Source: Catajapyx aquilonaris (Eukaryota). Taken from it: DNA of 20,000 nt. The stretch spans positions 46,618 to 66,617 of the forward strand of contig KZ538495.1 in NCBI GenBank assembly GCA_000934665.2, read 5' to 3'. Below, one piece after another: positions 1 to 10,007 of the stretch (position 1 is the first letter of the stretch; each line of letters begins with the position of its first letter). Made by a program: the position numbers and the translations under genes. The notes beneath the pieces were generated by a model that worked only from the letters and a program-made list of their open reading frames with translations, ran no database searches and was not told the DNA's origin.

Positions 1-132
1 ATGTACCAAGGCTACAGGTGCACACAATCTGTGGGTGTGGTGAAATAGTTTGACTGACGAGTAGTATGACTTGGTATCTGAAAATCTTTCAGGAGTATGC
101 CACGAGCCCTGGAAACAACAGGTGCCATTATA

Positions 133-556
133 CAGGGTGTATCTGAACTCAGGGCCCCGACATATATGACTGCCTTCCTAGCCACCAGAGGATCGATTTA
201 AGTATAGGAGTCATATGTCTGGGCAGCCTCATTACTGAGATACACTCTGTAGCGATTTTTGCCTAATCGCTCCTTCTGACTTTTAAATAGAATTTTCTGG
301 TGTAACTAGCCAAAGAGGCCTTACCACATGTGGGCAACAAACCAACAAAGTCCCGCCCCCAGACCTTCCAGAGCCTTCTGACTGGGGGAGGGTTCGATGG
401 GTGGCCTAACCGACAGGATATTTTGTACTACATGTTTGGGGCCAATTATCTCCGTAATGCGGCGGCCAAACATAATGACTCCTATACTTAAATCGATCCT
501 CTGGTGGCTAGGAAGGCAGTCATATACGTCGGGGCACTGAGTTCAGATACACCCTG
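133..556. mobile_element. Non-autonomous Tc1/mariner-type MITE (424 bp)
   Basis: Terminal inverted repeats 133-214 and 475-556 match at 80/82 nt and continue degenerately to about 110 bp (133-242 vs 447-556). Termini are CAGGGTGT...ACACCCTG, flanked by TA at 131-132 and 557-558. There is no internal ORF. TA target duplication with CAG(G/T)G termini is typical of Tc1/mariner. Confidence 0.88.
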
Positions 557-863
557 TATAGAAAGCCCCTTTTGATGTGGAAGCAGTATAGTAACCTTAA
601 GCATGTTAAAATTGTTAATGCCCAAACTTCATGTGTAAGCCTCTTGTCTGCAGCCTCAGACGATAATACAAAGCTTTATATACCAATACAAAGCTGTGTA
701 CTGTACCAAGAATTGACAAGCAATACAGTGTGTAGGCGTTCTAGAGCCGTCGCGAATTACGCAAGAGCGGGATTTGTGTTTTCCAGGAAGTTTCGTGGGG
801 AAATAATTCAAGTTAACGTGCCATATACCTGCTTGCACTGTGCACTGTATGATACATGTAACT

Positions 864-1115
864 TCAAACAGCAGCCACGCAATTCACAGAATTTTATCCC
901 AAATAAATATGTATATCTCTAAAATCCAAATTAGCTGCTATGTACATCAAACAGTAGCCACTTAATTCACAGAATTTTATCCCAAATAAATATGTATCTC
1001 TAAAATTCAAATTGCCTGCTCTGCACCTCAAACAGCAGCCACTTAATTAATTCACAGAATTTTATCCTAAATCAATATGTATATCTAAAATCCAAATTAT
1101 TAGCTGCTCTGTACC
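864..1115. repeat. Minisatellite-like tandem repeat, 3 imperfect copies of an ~81-85 bp unit
   Basis: The unit TCAAACAG(C/T)AGCCAC..AATTCACAGAATTTTATCC(C/T)AAAT..ATATGTAT..CTAAAAT(C/T)CAAATT..CTGCT starts at 864, 947 and 1028. Confidence 0.92.
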
Positions 1116-4100
1116 GCAATAAAGCTGTCAGATAATAATCACCGTGTCGTATTCAAAAGTAGAGCACACCAGCAGGTCTCCACGTCCTGACCAGCGTGAC
1201 CTCTCTTTCCACCTATCACTCGACTCTTCAAAGGTCACCAAATTGATTCAGCTCTGACAAAGTTTGCCACACAACTTCTGCATGCGGGTGGACTAGGCGG
1301 ATCAGAGGAAAGCACGGTTTTCTACTAGGCCCTATCCCTTTGTCCCCATCTATATTGAAACCGAACCAAATTAATTTACGAGTGACTCGGGGGCTAATGA
1401 GCATAGATCGGGTCACGCTCATGGAATGAACCGGAAAAATCAGTTGTAAAGAAATAAAATAGCTGCCATATTATATTATGACAAAGTTGTTTTGGGTCAT
1501 GAACGCATTTTTCGGCTCAACTTGTGAATTGGATTCGCCCCATTTCCCACCAGTCAACCGTGCAATACCTGTAATTTATTGCCAAGGTGAAGGCTACGAG
1601 ACTCGTGTATGATTAATAATGCCATTATGTTGAAAACAATAAATCATAAATTGTTTATATAGGTGTTAAGTAATTGAGCGAAAATCTGAAGTGCAAGCTT
1701 TGCACCTGTAAGATATCAGGTAGGCATATCCAATGACTTCTTACATATTGATGATGAATTATTATCAAGACAATATCAGGTTGTTGGTATATGTACTGTA
1801 ATTACGTATATGCAGTACTCTGTGGTGTTCCAGGAAAGCATTACGATTAACAAATAACTGTCCTGATGGACAACTAAGAATTTCGCATTTTAGCAAGTCA
1901 AAAAACCTGTTACTCATGTGTATATAGATCCAATACTGCTTTCTCCTTTCAACAGCCAACTTGACATGAAGATTAGTTAGGTCCTGTTGATGAAGCCCGC
2001 ATGATGACCTTTAGCTACCATCAAGAAGGATTTGCTCTAATGCGAAGAGATAAATCCATAATGGGGATTCGGAAGGGAAAAGAATATCTTGTTCAAGGTC
2101 CATCACTTCCACTTACTGCACCAGAAAATCCTGAAACAAAGAGGCGCCTCCTTTTTCCATGCATATCTACCCTATATCATTCGCACACACACACTCAAAG
2201 TCGAGTCCTCACCATCCTTCAGAAAATTCGGAAAGCTTGAAGCAAATGAAACAAATGGTCCGCATTATATTAATATGCAATTGCTACAGGTTGTATCAAA
2301 TGCAAATTCCATATTTTATGCAAAATGCCGGCTGTGGAAGCCTGGATTTGCATATGCATTGGAGGATATACTTTGCAGGCGTGTAACTTGCGGCGGTGAA
2401 AATGGAGTTTCTGATATCTGGTAATGGACGAAATTTCTCTCGCTTTCTCTTTCAATGGCGAACCTGTTGAGTATCACATTTCCGAAATGGAACTTTATCC
2501 TGTACAAAAGCCAGCGAACGTTTCAATAAACAGGACTGTGCTTTATCCTAGAGGCTGTTTCTTATTCACTTTTATGGCTTTCTCATTATGCCTATAGGTC
2601 GTATACACATTGATACAACGCAGATGAGATGATATTGCCCTCGGTCGTGTCAGTTACTAAAGGCGATCGATTTTATTACAAAAATATTAATTATTAGCCT
2701 ACAAGCATAGAGTGTAATCCCTCCCCCGAATTGTGCAAGTATCAACAATGCCGTCTTATCATATATCCCATTAGAAGCATAAAACCTGCATGCAACGTAA
2801 GTTGATCTGTCATTTACTGACCTCATTATTCGTTAATCCACACCTGTAATGCAAACTGTAACCTTGCACCGAAACTACCTGACGGCCTCTTAACGTTGCG
2901 ACATCTCTAACCATTAGCTTCAATATCTCAACTGATAAGGCACTCAGAAACTGAACCCAAAGTATCTGTTCCTGCCATTTTATTCGACATGTACCATAGA
3001 CCATTAAAAGAAACGAAGGAACAACTTGATTAACATTTCCATCAGTTATGTTGAGTATCTCACTTTATTTACTGCCACAGCACAGGCATTTTAGATGTAT
3101 CCAAGTTTAACCTACCGTATTTTCTCTTAGATTTAATGAAGTGTCCTATGACACACTGTACGTGGTTCATACGTTTAACACACTCTCGCGGTTATATATG
3201 AGTGGGTAGAGAACTCTTCGTCAGTGACGACCTTTGGAAAGTTGCAGCTACGATATAGTCTAAACTGCAAGTCCTGTACAGTATATTTCCACACGTGCAG
3301 ACTTGACCTACGCGGATCTCGTGGCGCCGTCTCCGAGAAATCTTATTTGGGCTAGTCTAGTCGAGAATAGACAATGCGATGGTCCTGTGTACTTTCTAGC
3401 GAGGAGCGAGGAGCCGTTTCGTGCTGAGTCTTTACACAGGACAGAAGACCCGTGCATGTAACTGACAGGGAAACAGACAATGGACATTCTCGACACTAAC
3501 GAGGAAGTTCGTTGCGGAACTAATCTTCCCAGACTTGGAGCGGACAGGGAATTATTATACTGTAGAAGTGTCCCAATTCACCTGGAAGTGACTGAGTCTT
3601 TCAACGAGGCACGCTTCGGATAGAGAAACACGTGCTGAATGACCGACGTCTACAGTGCCTAATGGTATCTAATGTCATAATTATAGTCACTAATCTTTTG
3701 AAACCGTGTGTAACTTTAGTCACTTATTATATACCAACCGATATATTTTGTTCATAATGTAAAACTAATGCATTAACAGGCTCAAGTGGCACTGATTTTT
3801 GAAATTGTGGAAATTTTTTTGAAAGGGCCTACTGTAAAAAATGCAGGCGAGCACGCAATATGTTTTATTAGCCAGAACAGCAGTCTTGTATTCAGTATTT
3901 TTATGAATTAATGCTCAGTACACTGCTCATATACACATATTAGATGACAGGCCATACATACAGGCATGTTTCAGCTCAATAAAGTTGTTGCCATGCTCTA
4001 ATACGGGGGAGATACTTTCGTGTAAAGAGACTAAAGTAGGTGATGGTCCTGTGCCCTCGTACGATACGGAATTTGTCAAATAAACTGGGTCAAGGGGCAT

Positions 4101-4278
4101 GAGAGGGCGGGGTGGGATAGAGGGTAAATATGAGATGGAATGGTAATAGGAGTGGCTTTTTCACCCAACACCTGACGTAATTCACGAAGTCTCAGTCCTT
4201 ATCTAGCTTCCATGCCAAACCAGAAAATGAAAGGCGGAGAGGTGTGAGGTGGAAGGGTAGGGGTGGGGATGGAAATAT

Positions 4279-4313
4279 TATATAGGCTTCCGTTTATTGA
4301 AATAGAGCCAGTT
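4279..4313 (+). promoter_or_regulatory. TATA box plus Inr-like core promoter of the cuticular protein gene
   Basis: TATATAG at 4279 and CCAGTT (arthropod Inr TCAGT-like) with its A at 4310, 31 nt downstream. An aaaATG AAG|gttggt first exon follows at 4375. Confidence 0.6.
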
Positions 4314-4374
4314 GTGTGGTGAGTAGTTACTTGAAAGGAAGTACTCAGCACAAGGAGACTTTGCAACTGATAAA

Positions 4375-7300
4375 ATGAAGGTTGGTTTCTAAAATCATTT
4401 CAGTTATTAATCAAAACTTTTCTCATATAAGGCTTTGGTTTAATAATTCTCAAATTCATCTCAAATTCATACAGGCCTACGTCTAGCAAACTTTGAGTAG
4501 GAGATACTAGTAGGAATGGGTATTAGTTCTGTCTCTATACACTCTCTTATGATACGATTTTAGAGTGTAAAGGTTTTAATGAGTATTTGCTAATTGCTTT
4601 TGAATTCTGGAATTGCATTTATACTTAGGAATAACTATTTAACGAATTTGCAAGATATGCCATATTTTTCCTATACAGAACTTATTTCCTTTCTGAAAGG
4701 TTCTAAAGCATGGCTTCTGCTATAGTCCGCATTGGCTCAATAATTTGTCCAGCAATAAGACTGGAATGCAATATACATACGCTGCCACCTGCATTAATGG
4801 TCCTTTGCAGAAGGCACGTGGGGGAGAATAAAACATTAAAGGCCAAACATGTCAAAGTGACGTATAAATACTTCATTTATACTCAAGTGCAGAATATATG
4901 CATATTAGGCCTACGTGCTTTGTACTATTCATGAATGAGCCATTCTTTAATACAGTGAAAATATGACTGTGTTCTGTTGACTTCTTGGAGGAGAAAAGTC
5001 GGCACAGGCTCTATGGCGTTCTCTTATGCCCCAATGCGCAGATATTGCCTTTCGATAGTACGGATGTATATCACCGTAAGAGCGTCCTTTTTCTTTCTGA
5101 TTCCCATCGCCCAGAATAATTGACACGGGTTCGGATCCGGAATAGTGATTAAATGTGCGCCTCTTGATGAAGTATAGGCTTTTACGCGAAAAGAAACACA
5201 GGATTGCTGGGACCTAATGTACTCGTTCTTTCAGCATAATTAATATGGGAATGAAAAGTAATGCATCATCATAATATACAACCCAGGTATCTGTTGACTT
5301 GTGTAATAGCCTTACTAAGGATACTGCACACTGTAAGAGTGTACGGTATATAAATTACATATCCCTATATACTGGGGTATTTCAGAGGAATAGCCTACTC
5401 AAGCATGCAAGTGCACCCTATACTCAAGTATGTCCAGGTATGCCTGGCATGAATGATGTATGCAGTTGGACACTTATTTTCAGGGTGAGTATACTGTACC
5501 TTGGGATGTTTGGTATACATACGTTACACAAGATCTGAAGACCAAAAAAGGAACTCTGCTTATATAGCCATGTAGCTGTTTTCCACTATAAGAAAAAAAA
5601 TAGTTACCTTAAGGCTTAAGCAACTGATTGTAACTGCTACACTTTGCTCCCGAGTTTTCTGAGGTAACAAAACATGTTCTAAAAATCTACTTTATTCCAG
5701 CATCTGTGTATAAGTGCAAGTGCTAAAAAGTACATGCTTATAATAAACATGACATTGTTATTTCACATTAATGTGGCCACTAGTAACTGTTCAAATATTG
5801 TTTGCTTTCAGGACCGAGTGGTAGCCTTCCTGCTCTTGGCGTTATCATCTGCATCCAACGTGCTGTCAGGAGACACATACGACGTAAAAAAATCGCCTGT
5901 TTGCTTTACATTTACGTGCATTGCCTGATTTTTCGGATGACATATTCATGGGCCAGGGAGTGCTGGGTTAGGCTATACCGCATTACATCTGTCCACATTT
6001 GACTGCATGCAAACGAAATATTACTGGAATGATGCTGGCTTGGTTACGTGACAGGAATTCATTCCACTGCCGCTTCCTTTGGAATTTTTTCAAACCTCTG
6101 GGAGCAGTATCTGCTCAACAGGTGTAATCATAGTTGGCACTTGGCAGAAGGTATTCGACTCGTCGACATCTATAGATACCGTGCTTTTTTCCTGGAATTA
6201 TTAGGAAACTAGTATTCACGCTTCAAAGGGGGATGTGGCCAGATTGCATGTCTCGCATTAGTCCATTTTGGATTTATTAGAGATGGAAATGATACGGAGC
6301 GTTCGTGGCCGGAGCATCTTTTTTGAAATTTGGTAATCTAAGTTAAAATATGCACGGATTTCAGTGAGTTGTCAATTAATTTTGTTCTGATTTGTATTCC
6401 AAGTCATATATGCTCGTTTCTATACCATTTCATATATTTTTCCCTCTCTGCTTGTAACAAGGTTTTCTCCCTCAGGCATATCCTCAATATGCATATTCGT
6501 ATCGTGTCGACGACTCCGAGCGAGCGTTGCACCAGGGGAAAATCGAGCAGCGAGTAGGAGAGGTAGTGGAAGGTCAATACAGTTATTTGGACCCTGCCGG
6601 CACGAATCGCACTGTCAGCTATAAGTAAGTATCAATATACAGGCCGCATCATTACGTATTAGCGGTGACAATTAATGCTGACTTATTAACAGAGCAGACG
6701 AAACTGGATTCCACGCATACATTGACGAACGTCCTGGAAACTTTGTTCCCGTGAGTGGAGAACCTGTTGTTCCAATAAGTGAAGGAACAGTTATCCCCAT
6801 AAATGGAGGAGTTACTCCCATTGACACAAACACAGTGGTTAATAACAACCCAGTCACAACTTCTGATGATGCTGTGGTGGTTGAAGCTGCTCCGAGGATA
6901 AGAAATTCTGAACCGACGAATGATGCCAACTCTCGAGGTTCCTCTCCGATTCCAGTCCTGCACAGCCGTCCTGGTATGAATACTGAGCGTTTCATAATGA
7001 TTCGGACAAACTTCTAAGCTTAGAGAACTCCTGGGGCCCTAAACAGCACTTTACACGTGGGAGACGTCATTTTGGTCTCGGAATCCTGTCGTTACCGACC
7101 TGTACAAGGTGTGAATATCCTGGCAGGTACTCGCCCCTGTGCGCAATCTTACATTATTAATTGAAAATATATTTCATTTTAACACCGACAGTGGGCATTT
7201 AGAAGTTTGTCTGGTTTATTATAAAACGTCATGAAATTAAACCCTGCATAATCACCACTGATTACTCTTGGCATTCCAGTTCCAACAGGAATAACTGCTG

Positions 7301-7926
7301 CAGCTCTTGCTCAGGACAGAAATGCAGAAACCCGCCACTTCGAGGCAGGGCCTGTCAGAGTCCTTCTTCCTCCATTTCATACCTTGAACAATGATCCATT
7401 GTTTATATTGCCTGCGCCAGACTTCCGAGGCCCTCAGCAGGTGTTAGGCTTAGTTCCGCATCGGTATGCTGAACCTGCGATTGAGCAACATTTAGTTCAG
7501 CAGCCACTGGTACGACAACCATTGGTTCAACCCTATCCTGTTCAGCAGCCACCTTTAGTCCAGACCCTCCAGTCAACGTTGGCACAACCCCTTGTTCGCC
7601 AGCCAGTTGTCCAACACGTAGTTCAACAGCCAGTATTTCTTCGTCAACCTCCGGTTCATCAGCGCCAAGTTCATCCTCAACCAGTGCCTAATCGTCATCA
7701 TGTCCAGCCTCTTCATCATCATCAGCGTCCAAGTCAACACCTTGTTCGTCAACCTCCGCCACTGTCTCCTTTACAGCGAGTAAAGAACAAACTGCACAAT
7801 TTCTTGGTCATGTCAGCTCAAAAAGCATTTTCCGTATATCCAGCTCTGAGGACACAACTGGCACCCTACCACTTACGTCAGGATTCCCCCATTGTTGTCC
7901 TAAGTGCTGCTTGCAATGCTAAATAA
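4375..7926 (+). CDS. Cuticular protein with extended R&R (RR-2-like) chitin-binding domain and Q/P/V/H-rich C-terminal region, about 384 aa
   Basis: Model join(4375..4380,5812..5883,6476..6624,6693..6973,7280..7926); all introns GT-AG, phases 0,0,2,1, total 1155 nt. Product begins with a signal peptide MKDRVVAFLLLALSSASNVLS, then GDTYDAYPQYAYSYRVDDSERALHQGKIEQRVGEVVEGQYSYLDPAGTNRTVSYKADETGFHA, matching the R&R consensus GxYxxxxPxGxxRxVxYxADxxGFxA. A V/P/N-rich linker and QQPLV-type repeats follow. Exon 1 and the last acceptor are less certain than the core. Confidence 0.85.
6476..6624 (+). CDS. Cuticular protein exon 3 (N-terminal part of the R&R chitin-binding domain); not in the ORF track
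   Basis: Acceptor ttttctccctcag|GCA and donor TAA|gtaagt. Translates AYPQYAYSYRVDD...VEGQYSYLDPAGTNRTVSY(K) and joins in phase 2 to ADETGFHA at 6693. Confidence 0.9.
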
Positions 7927-8038
7927 AACCAGGGATGTTTTGTGGAAATATTGTTATGGCCTTGCTATGCCCTATTATAATTATACAGTTATACCTCAAT
8001 ATTGAAATAAAAAATAGCCAAGTGTTTAAAATAATAAA
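7922..8038 (+). terminator. Candidate polyadenylation signals of the cuticular protein gene
   Basis: AATAAA at 7922-7927 (overlapping the stop codon), 8006-8011 and 8033-8038. Confidence 0.45.
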
Positions 8039-9646
8039 CCCATGTTACAGACTTCTGCTGATTTGCCCTAGAAATTGCATTATCCACAGGGCTACATATC
8101 TTAATGCCATCCATTCATAGAGTATTTGTGGGCGATAAGTGTTTCGCATTTAATTGAAGCTGGGAAATGGTACATAAGGCCGCAGACTATGTAGGAACAA
8201 TGAACGCTTAGTACGACCGAAACGGACATAAACCGCATGATATACTTGTCGACAAAGCTTGCCAACTAGGCAACGCTGTTGTCGTCGCACATTTTGCCCT
8301 TTATTACTTGGGCGTGTGAGAAACGGCCTTGTCGTCCGTGTGTCGTTATATCCTTTCCGACGATTCAGTGTCTACTGCAACGTCAGCAATAAACTATACA
8401 TCTTGTACAGGTACTAATGTACTATTTTATTGATCATGTATCTTCATAGCACTTCATAGCAATATATTGGTTCTTCGACACTCATTGTAACTGTTGCATA
8501 AAGTGAAGGTAAAAATGGTAGAACTGATTACTGTCTCTATTAGCACATTAAAATGAATGTTCCTTTGAGGCTTTTATAGAGTCAGGCCATTCTCTAATCG
8601 AAAATGAGTCCTGAGACCTGAGGGATAATATCAGCTTAGAAAGACGGTAGACCTTTAAGTCACAGAAAGAATTACGTATTATGAATAAAAATTATCCGAG
8701 ATGATTGCTTTTAGAAATGAGGGCAACGGAATCAGAGGAAAAATTTCATCATCAGGCAATTACATAGCCAGTATATTTGACAAGTAAAACTGATAGTCAA
8801 TTGCTCCCCGTCAGTTTGTCAATGGCTATCAATTACTACATGTAAGTAAGCAAATTTTAACGACAGGACTCGTCTCGAGGTCATATGCATCGTCGTGCAT
8901 TTGTGTCTGAATAGAACCAATTTGAGTTTCAGAAGGGCATATTGTGAATCAGCAACCAATTCTCCTGAAATCGGATATGACGCATGAGTCTTTTGCCACA
9001 CATTCTGTAGCTTAACTAACTTAGATATGAATATAGCCTAGATATAGCTACTAAATCAATACCAGCTCTATACATTGTCGATGTATTGAAATGCAGATAG
9101 GATTGTGCGCAAAAATAGTTCTCTGATCAAATCAAATATTCAAATATTCATTGTCGTCCGACATATACCATCTGATGATTCATTGGGACCTTGCTGCATG
9201 TAAAATTCCACCAAAATCAGAATGATGAAGTCAGAAATGGATAGTAATCAACGCCATTATCTAGATTAAATCTACCAGGTTTCAAAGAAGTGGTCAAAAT
9301 ATTTGCATCACGAAAGGTTACCTGTGTCACCTCAACTAAATAGGGTGTATCACTACTGCGCTGCTCTACTCTGTAAATAAATTCGAGTAGGCCTATAATT
9401 AGGCTGCATGAGATAATATTGTGCGTATGCAATCCTTTCATTCCGAGAATGTGTATCCGGACTATTTTTGCTGATCGTTTCCTGTATTGTTTGCCAAGGT
9501 CGCATTCGATTAGCATTGGCACATATTTTGCCACGAATCCACGATGCAACAGTACCTTGCATGAAAAAGGGGCACTTGGTTGTGTATAGAGCTGATGGGC
9601 TCAGGCTACAGATATTAACTGAGGTATTTGCAATTATGAATAATGA

Positions 9647-9647
<1 letters not shown>

Positions 9648-9734
<87 letters not shown>
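9648..9734. repeat. (ATT)29 perfect trinucleotide microsatellite
   Basis: An uninterrupted 87-nt ATT run; it produces the spurious poly-Ile ORFs on both strands. Confidence 0.98.
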
Positions 9735-9737
<3 letters not shown>

Positions 9738-9956
9738 ATCGCCCAGTTGTAAAATATAGAACTATTTCAAATACCGATAGCCAAAAAGATATTTTTTCCA
9801 ATCTTCATACAACATGCATATCCATTTTTGTCCTACGGGGCGTAATATTATTGTCCGATAGAGCCTGGCACGTGTCGGTAAAAGGGCATGTTATAGGAGC
9901 ATACTCTCATGTGTGATTATCTCATATCTTTGCAATTTCTAATCTAACTTCAACAG

Positions 9957-10007
9957 AAATGACCTGCTGAAATTGCAGCCTGCAGGCAGGGACAGGCAGG
10001 CAACTAG
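9957..10007 (+). other. Candidate non-coding 5'-UTR exon of the riboflavin transporter gene
   Basis: Branch-like CTAAC followed by ttcaacag| acceptor and a strong TAG|gtgagt donor bound a 51-nt exon. The transporter's ATG exon begins with a splice acceptor at 11517/11518, so upstream exons are expected. Confidence 0.5.

Noticed and set aside
572..922. 116-aa plus-strand ORF
   Set aside because: Starts at TTG, has no recognisable motif and runs into the tandem repeat.
864..1115. Possible CRISPR-like array
   Set aside because: The units are contiguous full-length duplicates without unique spacers, in a eukaryotic context with no cas genes.
5125..5142. GGGTTCGGATCC resembling a Pol III B-box (tRNA/SINE)
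   Set aside because: Imperfect match, with no A-box at suitable spacing and no cloverleaf.
5449..5484. Alternative first coding exon for the cuticle gene (MNDVCSWTLIFR, strong gtgagt donor, phase 0)
   Set aside because: Not excluded, but the 4375 start has a better Kozak context, canonical TATA-Inr spacing and a cleaner signal peptide.
6652..6995. Two minus-strand ORFs of 103 and 107 aa
   Set aside because: Antisense to cuticular protein exon 4; the plus-strand frame completes the R&R motif.
9353..9752. ORFs with poly-isoleucine tracts on both strands
   Set aside because: Artefacts of the (ATT)29 microsatellite; no recognisable domain.
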